Below, piece after piece: positions 8,082 through 17,619 of a stretch of 41,639 bases of DNA. Location: positions 1 to 41,639 of IMG/VR virus record IMGVR_UViG_3300005611_001957. One strand, given 5' to 3'. The notes beneath the pieces were generated by a model, which did no database searches, was not told the origin of the DNA, and saw nothing but the letters and a program-made list of their open reading frames with translations. The position numbers and the translations under genes were made by a program. The number at the start of each line of letters is the position of its first letter. Positions within the stretch are counted from its first letter, which is position 1. This stretch comes from a virus. Its lineage: Duplodnaviria; Caudoviricetes.

Positions 8082-8476
8082 TACGCACCTGTTTTAGAAA
8101 ATGTTGGTTTTTGTCCTTTTTTTGTCTCACCACCTTTTTTAGCATCTCCCGCCTTCTTTTGGTCAGCTCTCTTTCTTCTTACAAACGCGGCTCTACCTTT
8201 GGGGCCTAACTTGGCGGCTTTCTCTTTTGATAAACAAGCGGCGTATGCATCACCTTCTTCACCTTCACCACATTTACCTAATTTTTGACCATCACTACCG
8301 TATCTATCCCAACCACCACCTGTTGATGAGCCTGTTTTACCTTTACCAAACCACTTTCTCAAATCCTCTTCAACGGGAACACAATTAGGAACTTGTTTAC
8401 CATTCTTGGTTTTCATCCCTACTTGTTTATATCCGTCCCAACAATCTTCGGTGAGTAAGTCTTTTAGTTTAATCAT
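8081..8476 (-). CDS. Basic Cys/Gly-rich putative head protein (MIKLKDLLTE leader)
   Basis: Start moved to the ATG at 8476; modules CWDGYKQVGMK.K.GK.VPNCVP and EEDLRKWF...W...C...C...RRKR. Confidence 0.7.
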   Translation of the reverse strand: MIKLKDLLTEDCWDGYKQVGMKTKNGKQVPNCVPVEEDLRKWFGKGKTGSSTGGGWDRYGSDGQKLGKCGEGEEGDAYAACLSKEKAAKLGPKGRAAFVRRKRADQKKAGDAKKGGETKKGQKPTFSKTGA

Positions 8477-8909
8477 TATCTTGTTTCCTCTTTTGCCAAT
8501 CATAAGAGGTTTCGTCCTCTGTTATCGGGCCTCCTTTAGCCCAAGTTCTACAACTTCTAGCAGAGTGACATTTAAAACTATGCATCCAACAATACCCCAA
8601 TCTACCATCACCGTCCGATGTCTTACCCGGCATACATTCATCCATTCTTGGAGAAATATCAAACGCGGTGCAATTACCACAATTAGATTGTTTAGCCGCA
8701 TCTACACTCGTATTCCAAAAGTCAGCTATATCTTCCCAATACCTGCCAGGTTCTTTGACATTTAATGGGCCGTATTGAATGTAATCAGCTTTAATGGCTG
8801 AATTTCTGTTTTTAGTATTAAGTTCTAGATTTTGAGTTGCAGGTGGACACGACATTAAATTTTCATTTAATCCATTAATCTCATCTAAAAGTGTTTTTAA
8901 TCTAATCAT
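8469..8909 (-). CDS. Cys-rich hypothetical protein (possible metal/Fe-S binding)
   Basis: Leader MIRLKTLLDE; 7 Cys including CGNC and GYC-x12-CRTW. Confidence 0.65.
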   Translation of the reverse strand: MIRLKTLLDEINGLNENLMSCPPATQNLELNTKNRNSAIKADYIQYGPLNVKEPGRYWEDIADFWNTSVDAAKQSNCGNCTAFDISPRMDECMPGKTSDGDGRLGYCWMHSFKCHSARSCRTWAKGGPITEDETSYDWQKRKQDND

Positions 8910-8926
8910 AGTTTTATCAATATATA

Positions 8927-8935
8927 GATAAATAT
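8927..8935 (-). promoter_or_regulatory. ATATTTATC motif (candidate late promoter)
   Basis: Intergenic, about 18 nt upstream of the ATG at 8909. Confidence 0.4.
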
Positions 8936-8954
8936 AAAAACAAACAGGTTTTAT

Positions 8955-9536
8955 TTAACTCAATTTTGCAAGTTGAGTCTTTATAATAACATCGGGATAA
9001 TCCCTTTTTAATTGGTTTACTGCATCTATATTTTTAGGAGAGTCATCAATAAAAAATACATCATCATATCCAGCTTTTATCATTTTCTCTATATAGTTTT
9101 TTTTCTTCATCGGATTCCCATCAGCAAGACCAACCATCTGTACCCCTGATGTAATACCAATACTCTTTAAGTATTGTGCTACGGGTTTAATAGACGCACG
9201 AGCAGTAAGTATAACAATCTTTCTATCACCACCTGATTTTACCAATCGTTGTAACACTTTGTTGTATTTCTTTATACCCTGTGGTGATATTAGTTTGTCA
9301 AAATCACTAAAGTCAAACTTATCACCTTTCTTTGGGTTGTATAATGCAAACTGAGCAGGGGTAAGTGAAAACTCTCTCCCTGTCTGTTTATTAGTAACAT
9401 AGATTTTAGACTTGGTCTGTACAAGGGTGTCATCCAAGTCAAAAATTCTTATCTTTTTACCCTCCACGATTTTCTTGTACCCCGACCCAAACGGTGAGGA
9501 CTTCCCATCGTGGTTATTTATAACATTTTCATTCAT
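8955..9536 (-). CDS. HAD-superfamily phosphatase (PNKP-phosphatase-like)
   Basis: Motif I IFDLDDTL, motif II ILTAR, motif III K, motif IV FFIDDSPKNI. Confidence 0.8.
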   Translation of the reverse strand: MNENVINNHDGKSSPFGSGYKKIVEGKKIRIFDLDDTLVQTKSKIYVTNKQTGREFSLTPAQFALYNPKKGDKFDFSDFDKLISPQGIKKYNKVLQRLVKSGGDRKIVILTARASIKPVAQYLKSIGITSGVQMVGLADGNPMKKKNYIEKMIKAGYDDVFFIDDSPKNIDAVNQLKRDYPDVIIKTQLAKLS

Positions 9537-9766
9537 TAGTCTTTTTTACCACCCAATACTTTTCCTGCCTCTGCGATTCCAAATGAACCTAATACTATAA
9601 TTACGAATGAGTTGAAGATGGTATCACTAATCACTAAGTCTTGTCCTAGTATACCTGTCACTACATCTGCACTAGCAAATAAAGCCATTACTGCAAAAGC
9701 ACCAAAACCTACAATAGATTTTTCATTGAAATCATTATTATCTTTAAATATATCCTTGAACGACAT
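9536..9766 (-). CDS. Small two-TM membrane protein (holin candidate)
   Basis: 76 aa, two hydrophobic segments, basic C-terminus. Confidence 0.65.
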   Translation of the reverse strand: MSFKDIFKDNNDFNEKSIVGFGAFAVMALFASADVVTGILGQDLVISDTIFNSFVIIVLGSFGIAEAGKVLGGKKD

Positions 9767-9779
9767 TTTAGTTTCCTCT

Positions 9780-9811
9780 ATAAGTTACGAAAGTTTCTTA
9801 TAAATATCAAG
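9780..9811 (-). promoter_or_regulatory. Bacteroidota-type -33/-7 promoter with embedded ATATTTATA
   Basis: CTTG-N20-TAACTTAT; the spacer begins ATATTTATA. Confidence 0.5.
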
Positions 9812-9826
9812 TCGTAGGATAAAAAA

Positions 9827-10009
9827 TTACTCCTTTTCTTTTAACTTTCTAAGAGTCTGTTCTATTTCCTGTCGTTTTTCAAGAGTGTCGCTTAACTTGT
9901 TAACTTTTTCTATGTCTTTGACAGCGTCGTCTAATGCGGAAGTCATATCATTAATCGCGCTTACTATTTTGGATACTTGTTCTTTAATAGAATCTATTTG
10001 TTCTTTCAT
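9827..10009 (-). CDS. Small coiled-coil hypothetical protein
   Basis: 60 aa heptad-rich ORF filling the gap. Confidence 0.6.
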   Translation of the reverse strand: MKEQIDSIKEQVSKIVSAINDMTSALDDAVKDIEKVNKLSDTLEKRQEIEQTLRKLKEKE

Positions 10010-11162
10010 ATGGTATGTGTATTAAATCAGTTGATGTGTCTGTTATTTTATTTATAAGTATTTCCAACTCAAACAATCTAAACTCACCTTCTTCACCACT
10101 ATCTTTTATTATGTAATTGAGATTTTCAATAACACCAAAAGTCTGTCGGTCTAAATCATTACCATCAAGTTTAACTACTATATCTTCTTGTAAGTCTGTG
10201 TTAAACTTTTCAGTTAAGTCAAACATTGTTTTAGGTTGTGTGTGTTTAATGAATGTATCTAACTGTTCTTTACCCAAGTCTGTTTGTATAGTGGTGAACC
10301 ACGGTTCTAGTAATGATAATACATTAGTATTTGAGTTTTTCAATACCAAAGTCTTTCTATATACGGGTGGTATAATTGGGTATTGATAATTATCATTCTT
10401 AATCCAACTACCCCACTTTCTAATATAATTCAGTCTTGCTCTTTCTTCAACTATTGGAAAGTAGTCATCATTCTGTCCTATCTCTTCTGTCCAACGGTGC
10501 CCTCTACACGTCAAATGATATACAAAACTATCTCTACTCTGTATTAATTCGTAACCTTGTAGTATCCATCGTTGAAAAATATCACTATCTTCATATGGAA
10601 ATGGGTGGAATAACGGGTCGTGTCCACCAATTCGTTGAAAGTCTTCTTTGTATAAAATCCAAGGTGCGAACATCCCACGAGTTGTTTGGTCTTTACTTAC
10701 CTTTTGCTGTTCTGTTACGTATGTTTCAAACCCATCTATATCAAGTGTATCAAAGTCCATACCAAAGTCTCGTATAATCTTTTCATTACCTTCGGGGTGG
10801 AGTGGTGGTTCAATTCTAGTAGCACACACTACCTTTCCTTTTTCCAAATGTTTTAGTAAGTTCTCTAAATAGTTAGGGCCTACAATCATATCGGCGTGTA
10901 ATATCCCCACTATATCATTCTTAGCCATACCAATGCCCACATCATATAGTATGGTGTGTCCTAATTTTTTGTTAGTTGTATAGGTGACTACGTTATTATC
11001 TTGAAGTGAAGTCATCCAATCCCACGTCCCATCGGTAGAACAATCATCTAATAGTATAACCTCTACATCTGTATAAAACTTTCTAATAGATGTGTATACG
11101 TTTTTAAGGTGTCGTAAATTATTATGAGATGGTATGACTAGTGTTATATTACTGTAATCCAT
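9984..11162 (-). CDS. Glycosyltransferase family 2
   Basis: LVIPSHN, ILLDDCSTDGT, LHADM, IGGHD..F...EDSD. Confidence 0.9.
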   Translation of the reverse strand: MDYSNITLVIPSHNNLRHLKNVYTSIRKFYTDVEVILLDDCSTDGTWDWMTSLQDNNVVTYTTNKKLGHTILYDVGIGMAKNDIVGILHADMIVGPNYLENLLKHLEKGKVVCATRIEPPLHPEGNEKIIRDFGMDFDTLDIDGFETYVTEQQKVSKDQTTRGMFAPWILYKEDFQRIGGHDPLFHPFPYEDSDIFQRWILQGYELIQSRDSFVYHLTCRGHRWTEEIGQNDDYFPIVEERARLNYIRKWGSWIKNDNYQYPIIPPVYRKTLVLKNSNTNVLSLLEPWFTTIQTDLGKEQLDTFIKHTQPKTMFDLTEKFNTDLQEDIVVKLDGNDLDRQTFGVIENLNYIIKDSGEEGEFRLFELEILINKITDTSTDLIHIPYERTNRFY

Positions 11163-12015
11163 TTATCATTCCGTATTCGTCAAAGGTTGGCATACTACCC
11201 CACTTTGATAACCATTTGTGTTTATTTCTTTGTTCTGCTAATCGTTGTCTTTCAGATGTTTTACCATTGTTCTCCTCTAATCTATGACTACCTCTTGCAC
11301 CAAAATGCCATACCAATGATTTACTTGGTAATACAAACTTAAACCCATCCTGTAACATTCGTAGAAACAAGTCCATATCATCCCAAGACGCAGGTGAAAA
11401 CAATGGGTCATTCCCACCAATCTCATCCCAATGTTCTTTCTTAATCAACCCACTTACCCCCTCACCTTTTGGTATCTCAACATCATTGAGAGTGGTAAAC
11501 TCTTTAGAAAATTTATCAAAAGTATCTGAATTAAAATCATAGTGATACGCACCAAATGCGTCTTTGGGAACCACTATTGTGCCGGGTCTACTTTGTGAAT
11601 TAGGGAACATTTGTGGTTCTACTCTGTGTGAGTTTATCCATAGTTTTTCATTTGGATATTTGTTGTGAGTATCCATCAATGATTTATCCCAATTTGGTGT
11701 AACGTAAAAGTCTGAATGTAGGAACATAATATATTCAGTTTCTACGTTGTCCGCACAGAAATTCATTCCACCACCAATTCCCTTTACACTTCCACCTAAT
11801 ATAGTCTTATCTATAAAATAAGTCAAGTTATATCTATCTGAATTCTCTTTTAACCATTCATCTGTTCCGTCATCACAGTTTTCTGCGTGAATAATAAACG
11901 GAGAGTTTTTGTAGTATGAGTTCTTACGTACACTATCAACCGCAATCTTTAGATACTCCAAGTTGTTGTATGTTGATATACAAAATGTAAGTTTATGTTT
12001 TGTAGATTTCCCCAT
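11149..12015 (-). CDS. Glycosyltransferase family 2
   Basis: ISTYNN, ENCDDGT, FLHSDF, IGGND..F...WDDMD; paralogous to the neighbouring GT2. Confidence 0.9.
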   Translation of the reverse strand: MGKSTKHKLTFCISTYNNLEYLKIAVDSVRKNSYYKNSPFIIHAENCDDGTDEWLKENSDRYNLTYFIDKTILGGSVKGIGGGMNFCADNVETEYIMFLHSDFYVTPNWDKSLMDTHNKYPNEKLWINSHRVEPQMFPNSQSRPGTIVVPKDAFGAYHYDFNSDTFDKFSKEFTTLNDVEIPKGEGVSGLIKKEHWDEIGGNDPLFSPASWDDMDLFLRMLQDGFKFVLPSKSLVWHFGARGSHRLEENNGKTSERQRLAEQRNKHKWLSKWGSMPTFDEYGMINGLQ

Positions 12016-12721
12016 AGTTTCTATATTCTAAATATTTTTCTTTTCTATCCGATGTTAAAAAGTAATTATTCATATTTCCTTCTGCAATTCTACAAAATTC
12101 ACTAACACCTATATTGATTTTATTTTGTTTGAATGTCTGAGAATTTAGATGTGTTATGGTATGTGTGTCTGATACAATATGTTTTACCCCCATATCTTCT
12201 CCAACAATACCTGTGTAAAAATCTAACCCCCAACCGTAAATAAGTTCCATTGGGTATTGTTTAATTCGTTCACATATATCTCGTCTTAATAGTGGTGATT
12301 GAAAATCAACCCACTTAACACTACGTAATCCTTTACCCCAATGCCACATCTGTTTCCAATGACATTGTTCAATAGATGCGTTTATAATAGATGGTGAATA
12401 CACACCTGCATCACTTTCTATTGTTTCTTTCAAAGAAGTTGATATAAATGATGGGCCGTGGAATATTAAATCATTGTTTAAAAAATATAGATAGTCGTGT
12501 TTTGTTTGATTCAAAAAGTAATCTAATACCACATTAAACCCACCACCAAAGAATATATTATCTTCCAATCTATGGGTAGTTGATTGTGCAATATTACCAT
12601 CCGATGAACCATTATCCACAACCATTATTTCACACTCATCAAACTTACTATCGCGTTTAAGTTGATTTACGAGGTTATCTGTGAGTTCGGGTAAGTTGTG
12701 ATTAAGTGTCGCTATTAACAT
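11993..12721 (-). CDS. Glycosyltransferase family 2
   Basis: LNHN, VVDNGS, FGGGFN, FLNND, YGWGLD. Confidence 0.85.
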   Translation of the reverse strand: MLIATLNHNLPELTDNLVNQLKRDSKFDECEIMVVDNGSSDGNIAQSTTHRLEDNIFFGGGFNVVLDYFLNQTKHDYLYFLNNDLIFHGPSFISTSLKETIESDAGVYSPSIINASIEQCHWKQMWHWGKGLRSVKWVDFQSPLLRRDICERIKQYPMELIYGWGLDFYTGIVGEDMGVKHIVSDTHTITHLNSQTFKQNKINIGVSEFCRIAEGNMNNYFLTSDRKEKYLEYRNYGEIYKT

Positions 12722-13518
12722 TAAAACCTCAATTGTTTTGTTTCTTTTGATGGCATTACAATTCCCAAAAAGTTTTTGGCTATTGTTTCTTCAGTATGAC
12801 CTTGTTGTTTATAATCTACCATCTGTTGTAAATAATGGAATGGCTTGAACCAAGATTCACAAGGAATCAATGGTATAACCTTTGTTGCTAATAAATATTC
12901 ACCATACCAAACTAATTCACCAGCCATAACCTCTAATAAATTCTGAAATGTAAGTTTGTTTGGTTCAAGATAGTTTTCTTTCATATGTTGTAATACTTTA
13001 ACTGACCATAAATTAGGGCAGGTATAATCATAATACTTACCCCGTCTACCAAATAAACTCATTACAATATCTCTGTCTCTTTTGTATGATTGTAGAACGC
13101 TATCTAATAACCCACCCTGCGTGGCCATCCATTGAAATAAATCCTTGTTCTCGTGAATAGTGGTGTATGGTGTTTCTTCATCGAACATAAAATCAGATAT
13201 GTAGTAATCTCTTATAAAGTAAGAATCACCATCTACCCATAGATAGTTTTCAGATAAACCTGTTTCACTAAACTTCATCTTTACCAACTGTTGGGTATGC
13301 CAATTTTGATTTACACCCCCACCAATAACATCCTCATCAAAAATAAGTTCATACCCATCGGTTCCGATATGATTTACAAATAAGTCTTTTTGTTCTTTTG
13401 GAATGGATAGATAAATAGGAATACCATCTACATTAAACTCATTGGCTGTTTCTACTAATTGTTTAGTGTAATCTAAATGTGGTCTATGTGACTTAAACAG
13501 GAATACTAAATTATTCAT
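12721..13518 (-). CDS. GT-A-fold protein (DUF6492-like)
   Basis: W..QQLVKM and YLWVDGDSYFIR (DxD) pattern. Confidence 0.65.
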   Translation of the reverse strand: MNNLVFLFKSHRPHLDYTKQLVETANEFNVDGIPIYLSIPKEQKDLFVNHIGTDGYELIFDEDVIGGGVNQNWHTQQLVKMKFSETGLSENYLWVDGDSYFIRDYYISDFMFDEETPYTTIHENKDLFQWMATQGGLLDSVLQSYKRDRDIVMSLFGRRGKYYDYTCPNLWSVKVLQHMKENYLEPNKLTFQNLLEVMAGELVWYGEYLLATKVIPLIPCESWFKPFHYLQQMVDYKQQGHTEETIAKNFLGIVMPSKETKQLRF

Positions 13519-14147
13519 TTGTATAGGTTTAATATTTTGTATTTTTCTATATAGTGAATACCTTTTTTAGCACATTGAAAATCAGAATGAAATGCTCGTA
13601 AAACATCATCTCTAAAATAATACCTATGCGATTGTGATGTAAACAATCGTAAACATTCTATTTTCTTTTCGTATTCATTTTCTATCTCAACATAAAAGTT
13701 AGGATTCCATTCATCCTGTGTGCTTGGGGTATAATACTGAATTAAACTTATATTGTTATTTCGTATCAGTGCTGAACCGAATCCACTTATAAATCTATGC
13801 TCAAAGTGAGAATCGGTTTCGTTCGGTAAAATGATTGCATCAAACTTACCGTGTTCCTTTAATATATTTTCTATATAATTTACCCAACCATCTTCTCTTA
13901 AATCTCTAACAAATTTATGTGGGCTGAATATTATCTTTATGTTTTTTGCTTCCGAACACATCCAAACATCGGTTACTTCATCTAATCTACTCTCACCAGT
14001 TGTTTCATCAAAATCTCCACCCTGAACTAACTGTAAAACATAAAACATCGTGTCCGTATGTTTCATTATAGTCCCTAACATACTATACTCTACATCATCG
14101 GGATGTGGTGATATACAGAGAACTTTATCAAATCCTAACAATTTCAT
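13515..14147 (-). CDS. PIG-L/LmbE family N-deacetylase
   Basis: SPHPDDVE and DSHFEH metal motifs; KK..L..F.SQ. Confidence 0.85.
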   Translation of the reverse strand: MKLLGFDKVLCISPHPDDVEYSMLGTIMKHTDTMFYVLQLVQGGDFDETTGESRLDEVTDVWMCSEAKNIKIIFSPHKFVRDLREDGWVNYIENILKEHGKFDAIILPNETDSHFEHRFISGFGSALIRNNNISLIQYYTPSTQDEWNPNFYVEIENEYEKKIECLRLFTSQSHRYYFRDDVLRAFHSDFQCAKKGIHYIEKYKILNLYK

Positions 14148-14695
14148 TTTAATAACTCCAATGTATGAACTCTATTCATATTTTCCTGAAACATCACTCC
14201 TATATTTTCATTCTCAAACAAAGATGTATCTAAATAGTCCTTTCCACCCTGTCCGGCCAAATATGTAGTAGCACCATAGTGTTTACATAAATCAACCAAT
14301 CTATCGGTTGATTTTAATTCAGTCGGATAATCTAAAACTATTTCAGTATCTATGTTTAATCTATCAATAAAATATTTTATTATTTTAATGTTAGTATCAA
14401 CAAGACTATTTGATATAAATTCATCCATTTCATCTAAAATCTCTTGATACTTAAATAATGTTTTCTTTATACGTTTCCAATCTCTATGAGGGTCTGCATA
14501 CATTTTATCCATAATACTGTCCAATCCTTTTTTAACACTCATAGTATTCCATCTTCCATCAAAATTAAATCTATTCTGAAATCCATTTTTCTCAAATTGA
14601 CAATGAGTAAGAATAACAAAAATATCTGATTGTTCTACCTTTTGGAAAAAAGGAAACCACGGCATAAAATTTGGTTGGTGAATTGTTACTATCAT
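14144..14695 (-). CDS. WbqC-like protein
   Basis: TIHQPNFMPW..FFQK, QF....QNR, RLV.LC...GA..YL.G.GG.DYLD. Confidence 0.9.
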   Translation of the reverse strand: MIVTIHQPNFMPWFPFFQKVEQSDIFVILTHCQFEKNGFQNRFNFDGRWNTMSVKKGLDSIMDKMYADPHRDWKRIKKTLFKYQEILDEMDEFISNSLVDTNIKIIKYFIDRLNIDTEIVLDYPTELKSTDRLVDLCKHYGATTYLAGQGGKDYLDTSLFENENIGVMFQENMNRVHTLELLK

Positions 14696-15456
14696 AAATT
14701 TAGATAATAGTTTGGAATATCTTCAGGTATAAAGTTAAACAAATTATCTAACAAATCACAATTTACTTTCACTGGGTTAAACACATACTTGTTACTCATG
14801 TGGTGAACCATAAGTTTTTTGTAACCTTCTGTTGGTGTGAATTTTCTAATCACATCTTGAAATCCTGTTGCCCCACTTTCCAATATACCAGCATATGTAG
14901 CTGATGGTGTTGTTGGAAATTTACCATTTCTATGTAGTAATTCAACCTGTTCTCTTGATAATATAAAATTACCACTATGGGGGTTCCAAGGATGGAAGTA
15001 ATACTCTTCATCTATCTTAGTAATGAATCTAATTATATCACTCACACCGTTACCACCCAAGTGAACAGAATTGTAAGGTGCCAAATCAACAAATTCAGGT
15101 ATATTATTTTCTAATTCATACCGAAGAAATCCTACATTGTATTGTATATCTTTCTTTATTAGTTTCTCGTTTACAGATATAGCGTATTCCAATGAATCTG
15201 ATGGTATTAGTATATCATCTTCGTTGTATAAGAAATAATCATAATTATGTAAGTTATCTAAAATATACTGTCGTGGCTCAAAAACCAAACCATGAGCTAA
15301 TGATTTATCACGAATTTCAGTTTTTACTCCATCAATGTTTATTTTCTCGGGTGAAAATATTACAACATCAGAAACTTTTTTAAGCTCCTCAACGACTTTA
15401 TTTATATAGATATTCTCGTTTCCACTATAACACGCTAACGTAGATAATACTCTCAT
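14692..15456 (-). CDS. Putative glycosyltransferase (GT-A)
   Basis: YDYFLYNEDD motif and C-terminal VHHMSNKY; start moved to the ATG at 15456 (TAATG coupling). Confidence 0.6.
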   Translation of the reverse strand: MRVLSTLACYSGNENIYINKVVEELKKVSDVVIFSPEKINIDGVKTEIRDKSLAHGLVFEPRQYILDNLHNYDYFLYNEDDILIPSDSLEYAISVNEKLIKKDIQYNVGFLRYELENNIPEFVDLAPYNSVHLGGNGVSDIIRFITKIDEEYYFHPWNPHSGNFILSREQVELLHRNGKFPTTPSATYAGILESGATGFQDVIRKFTPTEGYKKLMVHHMSNKYVFNPVKVNCDLLDNLFNFIPEDIPNYYLNL

Positions 15457-16085
15457 TACACAATTTGTTTTGTAGTCCAATCATCCATTAATCTATGAAT
15501 GTTGTAATTATATTTTCTAGCTATATCGTGAAATCTGCGTGATGTTTCTTCAGCCATTTGTGATGTCCAAACCGAAGCCTGTTTAGACCTTTCACCTAAA
15601 TATTTATACTCAAACATGGGATGATATCCCCCTTCGGGGTCAATGCCACACGTGATTAAGTTACTTATACCATTCATACCTAGCCAAGTAGCGGCTGTTT
15701 GTAAAACCGAATACGTTTCTCCCATATGTGGTATATCTTTTGGATAGTTTAATCTGTTCATATCGTGAACACCTAATGCAACAACGTGAAACTTACAGTC
15801 AGGGTTGACCTCCAATACAGGCTCCATCCAAACCTTATAATCATATTGCTCATTAAATCCGCCGGGATGTCTCATCTGTGGATAATATGGCATTATAAAA
15901 TTCTTTACCTTTTTCCATTCATTTATATCAATAATATCCCAATTATCCGTATCGTGCATAAAGAAGTAATCTACCTCTTCGCATAATATGATAGCGTTAT
16001 TCAAGCAAGATATTTTGTAATCATCACTTTTAGGAATTTCTCTAGCACTTGGCCCTTTACTAACTAATATTACGTTCGTATCCAT
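15456..16085 (-). CDS. Maf/sialyltransferase-like (DUF115/GT42-type fold) protein
   Basis: ILVSKGPS, CLNNA, DYFFMHD, and S..TA..W...G...L...GID....YH pattern. Confidence 0.55.
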   Translation of the reverse strand: MDTNVILVSKGPSAREIPKSDDYKISCLNNAIILCEEVDYFFMHDTDNWDIIDINEWKKVKNFIMPYYPQMRHPGGFNEQYDYKVWMEPVLEVNPDCKFHVVALGVHDMNRLNYPKDIPHMGETYSVLQTAATWLGMNGISNLITCGIDPEGGYHPMFEYKYLGERSKQASVWTSQMAEETSRRFHDIARKYNYNIHRLMDDWTTKQIV

Positions 16086-16111
16086 CTTCTCTTTTTATAT
16101 TTTTCCACAAT

Positions 16112-17005
16112 TCATTTTCCATTTTGATATTCCTTTACATATTCTATAAAATCGTTCAATCCATCTTCAATAGATACACAAGGTTCCCATCCAGCTTCTT
16201 TAAGTTTACTATTATTACCAACACACTTAAATTGGTCACCAACATGCCCACCGATATTCTTTATATCAAAATCAGTAATATTTTGATTTGATTGTTGTAT
16301 AATAGTATGTATAAGTTCTCTTATTGTAATTGGAATTCCATTTGATACGTTATATACATCAGAATGCTCTATACTCAACATATGGATTAAAGAACTAACT
16401 ACATCATCTACGTGAATGATGTCTCGTATCCTATCAAGAGAACCCGTAACATTTATTTCTTTTCCTTTTAACACCTGATTGGTAAATACAGAAACAACAC
16501 CTTTATTTTCATTAGTTAAGTCTTGTCCCTTACCATACGTATTCCAAAGTCTTAATATGTGATAGTTAAACCCAACGTCATGTGAAAACTTTTTAACATA
16601 AAACTCTCCACTCAATTTAGAAACTGCGTAATTTGATAGTGGATTTAATTCACTTTCTTCATCTGCGAATTCATTATCACCATATACGGCGGTTGTTGAT
16701 GTGTAAATAAACTTTTTTACATTTTTTTCTTTGGCTAAATAACAAACATTTAGAGTTCCTTTTACATTATAATCCGTATCCATATGTGGATTTATTTCTG
16801 AACCCTTTCCGAATGGTTGTGCTGCCAAGTGAAAAATTACATCTATATCTTCTTTTATGTTTATTTTTTCATCGGTAGATATATCTACTTTATAATCGGG
16901 AGTTCCTTTTATATCTAATGTTGTAACATTATAATTTAATTGTTTTAGTTTTTCTACTAAATTACTCCCAATAAAACCACTAGCCCCTGTAACTAAAATA
17001 TTCAT
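16112..17005 (-). CDS. NAD-dependent epimerase/dehydratase
   Basis: VTGASGFIG, YAVSK, RLWNTYG, RDIIHVDD. Confidence 0.92.
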   Translation of the reverse strand: MNILVTGASGFIGSNLVEKLKQLNYNVTTLDIKGTPDYKVDISTDEKINIKEDIDVIFHLAAQPFGKGSEINPHMDTDYNVKGTLNVCYLAKEKNVKKFIYTSTTAVYGDNEFADEESELNPLSNYAVSKLSGEFYVKKFSHDVGFNYHILRLWNTYGKGQDLTNENKGVVSVFTNQVLKGKEINVTGSLDRIRDIIHVDDVVSSLIHMLSIEHSDVYNVSNGIPITIRELIHTIIQQSNQNITDFDIKNIGGHVGDQFKCVGNNSKLKEAGWEPCVSIEDGLNDFIEYVKEYQNGK

Positions 17006-17619
17006 TCACCAAACCTATAATTTAATTCTCCTATTCCTTCAATCGTATGTTTAATAATATCATTGGGTTTTACTAAACAATCATATTGAGGCCCTCCGTT
17101 TTTTGTAGTTGGAGTTCCTGTAATGACTATATCTCCCCTTTTCAATGTTACTATTTTTGATAGATAACTAACCGATTGATATGGATTATAAATCATATCA
17201 CGAGTATTCCCGTGTTGTAGTTCTACTCCATTTATGAATGTTTTCATATCAAGCGTTCTATCCCTCAAATCTAAATTTACAACATCATCACCAATCGGAC
17301 AAAATCCTGTTCTTGATTTAGAAAATGGAAGATGATGGTCTCTTTCGTAAATGGAATTACAAGTAATATCACCAGCCACAAAAAATCCTTCAATAACACT
17401 AAATGCTTCTTCTTCTGAAAGAATCTCACAATCTTTCCCAATAACCAATCCCAATTCAACTTCTGTCCAAACATCCGAAACCTTAAATTTTGGATAAGGA
17501 ACTATTCCCCCTTCATTTGTAATACAAGAATTTGATTTAAGAAAATATATTGGGTCTTGATTTATTTCACCAATCCCTTTATAATTTAACGCTAAACAAT
17601 GAATATTATGTATTTTCAT
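17002..17619 (-). CDS. Fumarylacetoacetate hydrolase (FAH) family protein
   Basis: ALNY, PIYFLK, EVELGLVIGK, D.T, SKS..GFCP, GD...TGTP; start moved to the ATG at 17619. Confidence 0.88.
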   Translation of the reverse strand: MKIHNIHCLALNYKGIGEINQDPIYFLKSNSCITNEGGIVPYPKFKVSDVWTEVELGLVIGKDCEILSEEEAFSVIEGFFVAGDITCNSIYERDHHLPFSKSRTGFCPIGDDVVNLDLRDRTLDMKTFINGVELQHGNTRDMIYNPYQSVSYLSKIVTLKRGDIVITGTPTTKNGGPQYDCLVKPNDIIKHTIEGIGELNYRFGE

